From Mobula hypostoma (taxonomy: Eukaryota): a stretch of DNA of 64,000 nucleotides. Positions 24,635 through 36,082 of the stretch are shown in pieces. The notes under the pieces were generated by a model that searched no databases, was not told where the DNA came from, and saw only the letters and a list, made by a program, of their open reading frames with translations. The translations under genes were made by a program, and so were the position numbers. The stretch lies in contig NC_086118.1 in the NCBI RefSeq assembly GCF_963921235.1, positions 19,408,001-19,472,000 of the forward strand, read 5' to 3'. Positions within the stretch are counted from its first letter, which is position 1; each line of letters opens with the position of its first letter.

Positions 24635-26230
24635 GAATTCAATTCAAGTTTAATTGTCATGTAACTATACAGTATATGAAAACTCATGAATACAGCCAAA
24701 CGAGACAGCGTTATACGGGGGTCAAGATGCAAACATATATTACAAACAGCCACACACTGTAAGCACACACAAGTTCGCAATCACATAAGAGTCCCGAGCC
24801 CTGCCTCCTCCCAACAGAACACTGCACCTTGATGCCCAGTTCTCACACAAACAAGTCAAAAAAAACCCATATAGAATACCAGTAAAAGTACAACACATAA
24901 TATGTGTAAGGGTTTCTTCTTTCATGTTACTTGCTAAGGCTAATAATGAAATGGCTTCTCTGTAGTGTATAATGAAATGGCTTCTCTGTAATGTTAACTG
25001 ATGAGGTAATGTTCTCTGTAGCAGCGTGTTTGGGTTATAATTAGTGATAACGGGACTTGTATTCATTTGCTAAACAATTGGGATAGGTGTTACTCTTTCT
25101 GTCTGTGTGAAAGCTGTTAGTTTGCGCGGGCTTGGAGAAGAAGGCGCGAGGAGGATGAAGAGAGACGACGTAGCTTGAGGAGACGGTTGCTAGACCCGCT
25201 GGGCCTGGGGTCGGGGTCTGAGCCTAGGGTCTGACTAGCGAAGAAGGATCAGTGAAAGGGAATCCGTGAGCTCCAACGTTTGTGCACCGGACATGTTTAT
25301 GAGATTACTGGCACCTTTTATTTGTTTTCCTTTTCTTTTGTTTCTCTACTAACCCCATACTTAAATATAAAATCTTAATCGTTTAATTGCACATTGTGGA
25401 CTGAATGTTATTTCGGGGTATTGATGTTACACAGGGGACACAACACACAGCATCCACCCAAACGAGACCGCTAAAGTTTGGTCCAGGGTGTTTGGCCATC
25501 CCCGAGATCATGCCACTAGATGCAACGAGCCTTACATATGTATCTATACATATAGACCAGACTCAGAAACACGTCCCACAACCCATCGGCATCATCTGTC
25601 TACTGGCACCCGACATCCACTAGGCAACACCAAGGCTTTGAGGACCAGTCTTCACACATACAAGCACATATAGAGTATTACTAAGAACACAACCAGATAA
25701 ATATATGTGTGTATTGTCCAGACCCCTGGGTCCATTTTAAATCTTAAGTCGCCACAACTGCGGGATGTCATGCTTTCGAGGGGCACGCACAGCTCCTTTA
25801 CCCTGAGGGAGCCCACACTATTGGACACTTTCACTGTCAATGGGATAAATCCTACTGAGTAAAAGCAACCTTCAGCTTCTAAGACTGTCCATATCAGTAT
25901 GTTCTCAAACAACATCAACTAAATGGAGATACATTGAATACAATACGAGTACTGTGGCCATCCCCGAGATCATGCCACTAGATGCAACGAGTCTTACATA
26001 TGTATCTATACATATAGACCAGACTCAGAAACACGTCCCACTGGTCTTCGCATTATCAGGAGAGGGCATTTCATCACCTTATGTCGTATCCTGAACAATC
26101 ATGCAAACCAAAGGCAGCAGTCAGTGCCATGGGAAACAAAACCAATTGATCCAAAGCCCAAGCTCCATGAGGCAGAGCCTGAGGTGCTGCTGCACTGAGC
26201 ATGTTAGGGGGAGTAAGGAGCTACCTGGAG
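24635..26230 (-). repeat. Rex1-tailed retroposon fragment hosting the solo LTR
   Basis: Begins with aattcaattcaagtttaattgtcat, the same 3'-tail style as other Rex1-related copies in the window. Confidence 0.4.
24905..25536 (+). repeat. Solo LTR (632 bp)
   Basis: TGTAAGG...CCTTACA inverted termini; exact 4-bp TSD tatg (24901-24904, 25537-25540); internal tandem aatgaaatggcttctctgta. Confidence 0.88.
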
Positions 26231-26301
26231 ATTATTTTAAACTGAGTGCATAATTTCTCGTCCCAGGCTCCTCAGCCAAGGAACCAAGTACCTTCCTGGT
26301 T

Positions 26302-27870
26302 ACACACCTAAAAGTTGCTGGTGAACGCAGCAGGCCAAGCAGCATCTCTAGGAAGAGGTACAGTCGACGTTTCAGGCCGAGACCCTTCGTCAGGACTAAC
26401 TGAAGGAAGAGTGAGTAAGGGATTTGAAAGTGGGAGGGGGAGGGGAGATCCAAAATGATAGGAGAAGACAGGAAGGGGAGGGATGGAGCCAAGAGCTGGA
26501 CAGGTGATTGACAAAGGGGATATGAGAGGATCATAGGACAGGAGGCCCAGGGAAAAAGAAAGGGGGATGGGGGAAGCCCAGAGGATGGGCAAGGGGTATA
26601 GTGAGAGGGACAGAGGGAGAAAAAGAGAGAGAGAAAAAAAAATATATAATACTAATAAATAAATAACAGATGTGGTACAAAGGGGAGGTGGGGCATTAAC
26701 GGAAGTTAGAGAAGTCAATGTTCATGCCATCAGTTTGGAGGCTGCCCAGACAGAATATAAGGTGTTGTTCCTCCAACCTGAGTGTGGCTTCACCTTTACA
26801 ATAGAGGAGGCCGTGGATAGACATATCAGAATGAGAATGGGACGTGGAATTAAAATGTGTGGCCACTGCTTTCTCTGGTGGACAGAGTGTAGGTGTTCAG
26901 CAAAACGGTCTCCCAGCCTGCGTCGGATCTCACCAATATATAGAAGGCTGCATTGGGAGTACTCCCGGACGCAGTATATCACCCCAGCCAACTCACAGGT
27001 GAAGTGTCGCCTCACTGGAAGGACTATCTGGGGCCCTGAATGGTGGTGAGGGAGGAAGTGTAGCAATTGTTCCGCTTACAAGGATAAGTGCCGGGATAGA
27101 GACCGGTGGGAAGGGATTGGGGGGGGCGGTCGAATGGACAAGGGAGTCGCGTAGGGAGCAATCCCTGCCGAAAGCAGAGGGGGTGGGGAGGGAAAGATGT
27201 GCTTAGTGGCAGGATCCCGTTGGAAGTGGCAGAAGTTACGAAGAATTATATGTTGGACCCGGAGGCTGGTGGGGTGGTAGGATCTCCCAGTGGTCACACA
27301 TTTTAATTCCACGTCCCATTCCCATTCTGATATGTCTATCCATGGCCTCCTCTACTGTCAAGATGAAGCCACACTCAGGTTGGAGGAACAACACCTTATA
27401 TTCTGTCTGGATAGCCTCCAACCTGATGGCATGAACACTGACTTCTCTAACTTCTGTTAATGCCCCACCTCCCCTTCGTACCCCATCCGTTATTTATTTT
27501 TTTTTCCCCTCTCTCTTTTTCTCCCTCTGTCCCTCTCACTATACTCCTTGCCCTTCCTCTGGGCTTCTCCCCTCCCCCTTTCTTTCTCCATAGGCCTCCA
27601 GACCTATGATCTTCTCATATCCCTTTTGCCTATCAACTTTCCAGCTCTTAGCTTCATCCCTCCCCCTTCTGTCTTCTCCTATCATTTCGGATCTATCCCT
27701 CCCCCTCCCACTTTCAAATCTCTTACTATCCCTTCTTTCAGTTAGTCCTGACGAAGGGTCTCAACGCAAAACGTCGACTGTACCTCTTCCTGTAGATGCT
27801 GCTTGGCCTGCTGCATTCACCAGTAATTTTTATGTGTGTTGCTTGAAAATCTGCAGATTTCCTCGTGTTT
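26302..27870. mobile_element. Penelope-like element with inverted pseudo-LTR arrangement
   Basis: GIY-YIG endonuclease FTCELAGVIYC...LLYIGEIRRRLGDRFAEHL (26722-27066, minus); 26302-~26865 is the reverse complement of ~27290-27840. Confidence 0.9.
26361..26398 (-). ncRNA. Minimal hammerhead ribozyme motif of the Penelope pLTR
   Basis: Minus strand tagtc-CTGACGA-agg(gtctcgg)cct-GAAAC-GTC-gactg: intact core boxes, helix II, helix I and GUC cleavage triplet; helix III essentially absent. Confidence 0.75.
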
Positions 27871-28109
27871 ACCTTCCTGATTACATTCTCTTTCAAAGAA
27901 GTCATTTTGCAATCAGATGAGGTCATGGAAATCATGGAGTATTTATGATATACTGTATAAGGATGTCATTACATCCATTACATCCTTGCTCAGCACATGT
28001 TTCCACATCAAGTCTGAGGTCCTGAAGGTCTTGACATCAGCTCATCTGTTCAACGTTTCCTAATATGACAGCCATCATCAAATGAAAAAGGATCTAATGC
28101 TTTCCCAGT

Positions 28110-28360
28110 GTATATGATGTATAAACTCTTATCAGGCTTCCAGCAGGTGTCAATTTTAACGAATGTTTCAATGCCTAGGCACGTCTAGTCCGGTGGTATA
28201 TATACACAACTCCCATTGTATATCCTTCTTGATTGGTTAGTCCTCAATCAATCAGATTTCTGCTCTCCCACCTTGTTTAAAATCACATTCCAGTTTATAC
28301 TTAGAGCCAGACCTTCGTCTTTGTTAAAATTCTTACTCCATCAAGAGAAACTTAATTGCC
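28110..28360 (-). mobile_element. Second Penelope-like family fragment
   Basis: tgatgtataaactcttatcaggcttccagc...gcctaggcacgtctagt shared with 35845-35960. Confidence 0.55.
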
Positions 28361-28499
28361 CTTTCAATCACAGCAAACATATCATGCTTAAGTATAAGAG
28401 ACCAAAATTATAGGAGTATTTCCGGTGTGGTCACTGAAAACCCTGCACTGTTAAAACAATACACATTTATCTTCATCTCTTCCAAAATCTTGTTTTGAA

Positions 28500-28975
28500 A
28501 CTATGCAAGGGATATTAATACACAGGAGAAAGTGAATTTACAGGGATGATGACAGAAGTGAAAAGATGCAGTTCACAGGAATGATGAGTCAAGTTATAAT
28601 CCTTCCCACTGGAAAAACAGTGAGATGTGTGGAGACATTTTCCTTAAATATAAGGGAACTTGATAATGGTGGGTCAGGAGAAATGGTTCAATTTGTGGTT
28701 GAATCAAGAAAAATGTGAAGGATAGTCACTGAAAAAATGAGTGTGAGATTTAGATTGCATTTCTTTATCTGTGGAATGACAAGAATATGGAAACTGATCT
28801 CACTTGAAGTGCTGGAGGGAGAGCTTATTGACTACAGAAGAGAGCAGGGTACAGAGGGATACCTGGACAACCTGAGAGAGATTTGTAGTTGGGGAGGTGC
28901 CTCATGTCTACTGTTAACTCCAGCATTAAGTAATTGGGCAGCAGTTTTAGGGTCTATTGTCTCCAATGGCACAGA
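28500..28975 (+). mobile_element. Ancient CR1 3' fragment
   Basis: Degenerate FTGMMTEV...; 'ttctttatctgtggaatgacaagaatatggaa' resembles the FFSQRVV..WN region of CR1. Confidence 0.45.
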
Positions 28976-29189
28976 TTAAATCCTAATTTCCAGTGCTGCT
29001 TGTGGAATTTGTATGTTTTCCCTGTGACTAAGTGAGTTATCTCCAATGTCACAAAGATATGTCGGTTTCTTGCTCACCATAAGTTGCCCCTGGTGGATGG
29101 AGACCCAGGGGTGGAAGAGATATTTTTCCATATTGTATGACCATACATCAGAGAACTACCACCCTCCTCCTCGGTAATATTCTCTGTAG

Positions 29190-29655
29190 CATTGAAATGT
29201 TCAACACTTCTACCAACCTCTGTGACATCAAAACTATCCAGAATTCTGCTGCTCGCATTCTCACTAACTGATTTATTTTCACCAATCCAATTTCTGCAAA
29301 TCCAAAACATATTGGCATTAAAATTCCAATCCATTTGTTTAAATTCCTCAATTCCTCACTTTCCCCACCCTCTGCCACCTCTAGCTCTGCAACCTTTCTT
29401 AATTTTCATCCTCCTCTGCATTGCTCATTTCATTCATTACATGCTTGCATCCATATGGGCCTTGAACTGTGAAATTCTCTCTCAATCCTCTCTCTCCACC
29501 TTTTAATCTCTTGCTTCGTGACCTTCCTCCATGACTCACTCATTCTAACGTCTCCACCTACAGCAGATACTTTCCTGCTACGCTCTTGTGAAGCACAATA
29601 GGAGTTTTTAAAACTTTTTTACAAAATGTTGCACAAATACACTTTTCTGTTGAAT
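29190..29655 (+). mobile_element. L2 LINE 3' fragment
   Basis: aaactatccagaattctgctgctcgcattctcact (IQNSAARILT) followed by an L2-like 3' end. Confidence 0.6.
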
Positions 29656-29747
29656 GGATGCCCTTTGAAGTACCCACTCTGAAGTTCATTGCTTTAGTGC
29701 AGCCCTGTTTGAAAGAGGACCGCTAACAACTAGATAAGGGAGGAATC

Positions 29748-29830
29748 ATGGAGGGAGAAGTGGTCAGCAGAAGCTGGTCCGTGCAGAAATGCATTGATTA
29801 TGTGAAGCTGCTCATTACTTGGCTTGCTGT
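29748..29830 (+). CDS. Candidate first coding exon of an unidentified host gene (MEGEVVSRSWSVQKCIDYVKLLITWLA-V)
   Basis: Kozak aatcATGG, in-frame upstream TAA at 29724, consensus donor gtgagt at 29831 (phase 2); no repeat recognised. Confidence 0.5.
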
Positions 29831-30514
29831 GTGAGTAAAACTTTTTTGAGCATTAGCCCAACTTCTCAATTGTTATTAGCAGCATTTCTGATTTAAGCTG
29901 TCAATCACTTGGCATTTTTTATTTCAAAGATGAAGCAAAGAAGTAAAGCTGTCAAACTGCTCAACCTGATTATTGCACAATGAATACTTTCCAGGAGACA
30001 CACTTGGTTTAATTTTAACGATTTGTTTGCGTGGTGGATTCATCTGTGAAGTCCTGGTCAAATGAAGGACACAAAATTTACAATGACTTTCAAGAACATA
30101 TATCAATTGGTGACCAAATATTTCTTCATCATGAAGGACAAGCACACAGAGTGCCATACAATTTTTCAGGCTTTCCTATTCCTGTCTCTTTCTACTAACT
30201 TATTGTCAATATGATGGGCAGGAGCAATATCCAGTTGGCAATCTGTTTTGACACGATCTTGCTAATAATTATACTCTCTCCTTGCTTGCATTCCCTCTGG
30301 TAATGGCCATCCTTGTCAGCAAATAAGGAAATTATAACATTGTAATTCTTGTTTTATTTTGCCTGACATTCCCATGGCAAATTTGAAGGATTTTCATCTT
30401 TCTAAAGCTCAAAATATGCACTGTCAATCATACGGCAATCAATTTCACAGGATTCAATGCAGTTAATCTCAGAGCTTCTAACTGTTTGCAATCTGGTAAC
30501 AGGGAAGTGTTGTC

Positions 30515-33330
30515 AGCCAGTGGTGTAATGGCGTCCACAGCAGACTTTGAGGTGAATGGTCCCAGGTTCAAATCCAACTGGCTCCTTGCACACTTTCCAT
30601 CAGAATTCAGAATTCAGGATCAGGTTTATTATCACCAGCATGTGTCGTGAAATTTGTTAACTTAGCAGCAGCAGTTCAATTCAATGCATAATATAGAAGA
30701 AGAAAAAAAAGTAAATAAATAAATTACAGTATACATATATTGAACAGTTTAAAAATTGTGCAAAAACAGAAATAATATATATTTAAAAAGTGAGATAGTG
30801 TCCAAGGGTTCAATGTCCATTTAGGAATCAGATGGCAGAGGGGAAGAAGCTGTTCCTGAATTGCTGAGTGTGTGCCTTCAGGCTTCTGTATCTCCTTCCT
30901 GGTGGTAACAGTGAGAAAAGGGCATGCCCTGGGTGTTGGAGGTCTTTAATAATGGACGCTGCCTTTCTCTGACATCGCTCCTTGAAGATGTCCTGTGTAC
31001 TTTGTAGGCTAGTACCCAAGATAGAGCTGACTAAATTTACAACCCTCTGCAGCTTCTTTCAGTCCTGTGCAGTAATCCCCCCCCCCCCATAGCAGACTGT
31101 GATGCATCCTGTCAGAATGTTCTCCACAGTACATCTACAGAAGTTTTTGAGTGTATTTGTTGACATACCAAATCTCTTCAAACTCGTAATGAAGTATAGT
31201 CACTGTCTTGCCTTCATTATAACTATATCAATATGTCGGGACCAGGTTAGATCCACAGAGATCTTGACAACCAAGAACTTGAAGCTGCTCACTCTCTCCA
31301 CTTCTGATCCCTCTATGAGGATTGGTATGTGTTCCTTCGTCTTACCCTTCTGGAAGTTCACAGTCAGCTCTTTCATCCTACTGATGTTGAGTGCCAGGTT
31401 GTTGCTGCGACACCACTCCTCCAGTTGGCATATCTCGCTCTTGTACGCCCTCTCGTCACCCCACCTAAGATTCTACCAACAATGGTTGTATCATCAGCAA
31501 ATTTATTGATGGTATTTGAGGTGTGCCTAGCCACACACTCATGAGTATATAGAGAGTAGAGCAGTGGGCTAAGCACAGACCCCTGAGGTGCACCAGTGTT
31601 GATGGTCAGTGAGGAGGAGATACTATCACCAATTCGCACAGATTGTGGTCTTCCAGTTAGGAAGTCGAGGATCCAATTGCAGAGAGAAGTACAGAGGCCC
31701 AGGTTCTGCAACTTCTCAATCAGCATTGTAGAAATGATGGTAGTAAATGCTGAGCTTTCGTCAATGAACAGCATCTTGACATAGGTGTTTGAGTTGTCCA
31801 GGTGGTCTAAAGCCATGTAGAGAGCCATTGAGATTGCATCTGCCATTGACTTATTGTGGCAAGAGGCAAATTGCAATGGGTCCAGGTCCCTGCTGAAGCA
31901 GGAGTTCAGTCTAATCATGACCAACCTCTCAAAGCATTTCATCACTGTGAGTGCTACCGGGTGATAGTCATTAAGGCAGACCACATTTGCTTCTTAGGTA
32001 CTGGTATAACTGTTGCCTTTTTGAAGCAAGTAGGCAATTCTGCCCATTCAGTGAGAGGTTGAAAATGTCCTGAATACTCCGGCCAGTTGGTTGGCACAGG
32101 TTTTCAGAGCCTTACCAGGTACTCCATCGGGACCTTCCACCTTGCGAGGGTTCACTCTCTTTAAAGACAGTCTAACATCAGCCACTGAGACAGAGATCAC
32201 AGGGTCATCAGGTGCAGCAAGGATTTCACAGCTGTAGTTATATTCTCCCTTTCAAAGCAGGCATAGAAGGCGTTGAGTTCATCTGGTAGTGGAGCATTGC
32301 TGCCATTCATGTTATTGGGTTTTGCTTTGTAAGAAGTTATGTCTTGCAAGCCCCGCCAGAGTTGTCGTACATCCAATGTCACCTCCAACCTTGTTCGAAA
32401 TTGCCCCTCACTTTTGAAATAGCCCTCCACAAATCATACCTGGTTTTCTGGTACCAGCTTGGATCACTAGACCTGAATGCCACAGATCTAGCCTTCAACA
32501 GATGACGTACCTGCTGGTTCATCCATGGCTTTTGGTTTGGGAATGTACAGTAAATCTTTGTAGGCACACACTCATCCACACAGGTTTTAATGAAGTCGGC
32601 AACATCTTCAGCATACACGTCCAGGTTTGAAGATGAATCCCTGAATACAGTCCAGCCCACCGATTCAAAGCAGTCCTGTAGGCGCTCCTGTGCTTCCCTT
32701 TTCCATACCTTCTTAGTCCTCGCTACTGGTACCTCAGTCTTCAGTCTCTGCCTATACTCAGACTTCCTGAAGTGAGGGCGTGGAATAGCATGGTAGGCAT
32801 TCTAATGGTGGTGTAGCAATGGTCCAGTGTGTTGTTTCCTCTAGTATTTCAAGTGATCTGTTGATGGTAATTGCTTAGTGATTTTTTTCAGACTGGCCTG
32901 GTTAAAACCTCCCAAAACGATGGTGAGGGCTTTAGGATGTACTGTTTCATGCATCTTGATCCCATTGCTCAGATCATCTAAAACGTGATTGACATTGGCC
33001 TGAGTTGGAACGTAGACTGCTACTAAAATGACTCCCGCAGTAGGTAAGAAGGACGGCACTTAACTGCTAGATGTTTCTGGCCGGGAGAGCAGGACTGGGA
33101 CAACACTGATATGTTTCTGCACCGAGATGAGTTGATCATGAGGTATACACCTCTACCTCTGCTTTTGAGAGACTCTATAGATCTATCCTGACAGTGTATA
33201 GTAAACTTGTCCATCCATGCTAGGTTGAGTGTCGAGCTAGCAGCTCGGCCTCATAAAAACAGACAAAAGTGCTGAAGGAATGGCAAGGTTGTCACCCAAA
33301 GTGCTACAAGGTGTGGAAAGGAAAACCAAG
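30515..33330 (+). repeat. tRNA-derived SINE split in two (30515-30601 and 33210-33330) by a Rex1 insertion
   Basis: A-box-like tggtgtaatgg and B-box ggttcaaatcc; sequence resumes after the duplicated tccatc. Confidence 0.65.
30602..33209 (-). mobile_element. Rex1/Babar LINE, 5' truncated
   Basis: [43 protein letters not shown] (31373-31984); APE remnants 32841-33214; (agaattc)n tail; TSD tccatc at 30596-30601 and 33210-33215. Confidence 0.92.
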
Positions 33331-33449
33331 AGGAAATTGTGGGTGCGTAGTCATTATGCTGAGAAAAGATGGAGAGACTGTGTTTGAGCCTGATACTTCT
33401 AGTCGATGAATAATTCTTACAAAATGAGAAGCATGGATGAATAATGAGA

Positions 33450-33670
33450 AAGACAAGAGATTCTGCAGGTGCCGGAATTCCAAAGCAACACACAAAAGGC
33501 TGGAAGAATTCAGACCTCAGTAGGTCATACAGCTTCTATGGAGAGGAATAAAAAGTGGATGTTTTGTGGCTGAAACCCTTCATCAGTCCTTATGGAATTA
33601 ACTGCTCCTTTGTCTTCCTAGAAACTGCCCGACCTGCAGAGTTTCTCCAGCATTTTGTGTATGTTGCACT
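33450..33670. repeat. Penelope-derived short palindromic element
   Basis: gagattctgcag...acacacaaaaggctggaagaattcag and the inverted cctgcagagtttctccagcattttgtgt; degenerate hammerhead region (cccttcatcag). Confidence 0.55.
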
Positions 33671-35066
33671 GAATAATGAGTTCAGAAGGTTCTCAGATAT
33701 TCATGGAAAATCTTTCCTACATATTTTGGAAGCTTAAGAAAATAGGGATGAAAAGTAGACTGTCAGGGTTCATAAGCGGTTATTGTTTAAATCTATCCCC
33801 TGGTTTTCAAGATGTCCAGCATTTTTGCATTGATATGCAGCTCCCTCTTTTGGTAATGGTGACCAAATTTTTGATTTTATTTCTAAGCACAGTTTTAAAC
33901 ACAAATATTCTCAGTGATATTGAAATAATTTATGAACACTATGTCCAAGTCCTTGATTCTTCAGACACATCACGAAATGTTTTGTCGGTCTACAGTACAT
34001 CAGTCCAGATGTAAAATAGACATGCTTCTAAACCCGTATTTTTCTCCAACTATTTACTTAGGCATAAGTGGTCTTGTGGAGATAAAATGAAGTACAAAAT
34101 CATGTGGAATCTGAATGAAAGGGTTAATTTGTGTGAGATCAATGTGCTGAAGTGAACTTCCCTTCAGCAAAGAAGAATAAATTGAGGTGTTTAGGCTTAT
34201 TTAATGTGAAGGCTGAGTAGACAGAGAGAAACCATTTCCTATGGTGCAGTTCCAGAAAAAGAGAGCATGACCCTATAAATAAATATTAGCCTATTCACAA
34301 GTTATAACAGACAATCCTTTGATACATGAAGGGAAATGTAAGTGTGGAAAACTGTATATAAAGTTATTGAGTCTGTGTTAAGTGAAAATACAAAACTAAA
34401 ATTATTTTAGAAATAGTATAAAGAACTAAAGTTATTTCTTAAGAAAGGTAATTAATTGTAATGAACCCAAGGAGTCAAAATACAATTCAACGCAGATCAT
34501 ATTGAACAGTAGAACAAGCTTAAGGAGGTGAATGGCCTATTCCTATTCCTTTTATTTTATGGTAACATTTATCTGCTCGTTGAAAGATTTAGAGTACACT
34601 TTCAGACAAAGGCTTGTTTCTGTCAATCTCTATAGAGCTCAAAAAAGATCAACAAGCAATAGTGTTCATAATTGGTTTCATTAAAAGATATTATAAAATG
34701 ACATTTGCATTACTGAGTAAACAATAGCATTCTGACCAAATGTGTTTTAATACATTTTTAGATTACAATTATTAAAGTAATTAAAGTTAGCATATATTTG
34801 AGTGTTAAGTTTAATAGGTTGTTCAACCTAAAAATCCCCAAATTTAAAAGCATGCCTACAAAGTAATCTTCCTTCATTTCTAAACAACTTTTTACAGAAG
34901 CTTCAAAGTCTCAACATGGTATTGAGTATAAAGATATAGACAGCACGAAACCAAGATAGTATTTAGATTTTCTAAAGACTCAGCAAAAATATAGAATGTG
35001 TCAGCAATAAAGCAGCAGTAGTATTCCAATAACCTGCTCACCGATGCTCATTTTGGGTTTTTCCAG

Positions 35067-35130
35067 GATCATATACTTCAGGCCTCATTATAAGCCTGTC
35101 CAACATGGATCAAAGAGCTATATTCAAGAG
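35067..35130 (+). CDS. Candidate internal exon (V-IIYFRPHYKPVQHGSKSYIQE)
   Basis: Acceptor ttttgggtttttccag, donor GAG/gtgaga; phase 2 in, phase 0 out, open. Confidence 0.5.
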
Positions 35131-35169
35131 GTGAGATGTGTGTAATTGGTCCCAACAGCAAGCTAACCT

Positions 35170-35795
35170 AATCCGACTGTGACATTAAAGCAACAACCTT
35201 GCACTCAATGGCACTAAGATGAAAGAGCTGATCGTGGACTTCAGGATGGGTAAGACAAGGGAATACAAACTAATCCTCATAGAGGGATTAGAAGTAGTGA
35301 GTGTGAGCAATTTCGGGTTCCTGGGTATCAGATCTCTATGGTTGTACCTGGACCCAACATATTAATGCAGCTTTAAAGAAGAAGTCAGCTTCATCTTGGG
35401 TACTAGCTTCTAGAGTATCTAAGACATTCAGGGAGTGGTGCCTCAGAAAAGCAACATCCATTATTAAATACCTCCATCACCCAGGCTATGCCCTCTTCTC
35501 ATTGTTACCGTCAGGAAGGAGATACAGAAGCACACACTCAGTGATTTGGGAACAGCTTCTTCCCCTCTGCCATTCGATTCTTAAATGGACATTGAGCCCA
35601 TGAACACTACTTCAACTTTTAAAAAATGTACTATTTCTGTTTTTGCATGATTTTAATCTATTCAGTATACGGTACATATATATTTATTTACTGTGATTTA
35701 TTTATTTATTTCTATGTTATCATGCATTGTACTGCTGCTAATTAACAAATTTCACGATGCATGCTAGTAGTAATGAGCCTGATTCAGATTCTGAT
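35170..35795 (+). mobile_element. Rex1/Babar LINE 3' fragment
   Basis: KMKELIVDFR, HPGYALFSLLPSGRRYRS..NSFFPSAI, tail cctgattcagattctga. Confidence 0.85.
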
Positions 35796-35842
35796 CTATA
35801 CACAAAATTTTCAGGCATAGGATCTAGTGGTTTCCCAGTATA

Positions 35843-36082
35843 TGTGATGAATAAACTCTTCACAGGCTTCCAGCCCTTACTCATATTGATTTTAACCAAT
35901 GTTTTGATGACAAACTCTGCCATCTTCATGAGAGATGATGCCTAGGTACGTCTAGTATATATACCTCTAAACTAGAGATGCCTTGGCGTCAACCCTGGTG
36001 AAGATGGCAGAGTCTGACATTAAAACATCAATTAATATCAATACCTGTACCTGGCTGGAAGCCCAAAGAGAGTTTCTTCATT
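35843..36082. repeat. Second Penelope family, short inverted pLTR pair
   Basis: 35847-35935 (aactcttcacaggcttccagc...aactctgccatcttcat) is inverted relative to 35995-36082 (gaagatggcagagt...gctggaagcccaaagagagttt). Confidence 0.6.

Noticed and set aside
30515..30590. tRNA gene
   Set aside because: A/B boxes belong to a SINE head; no full cloverleaf (same for 54960-55036)
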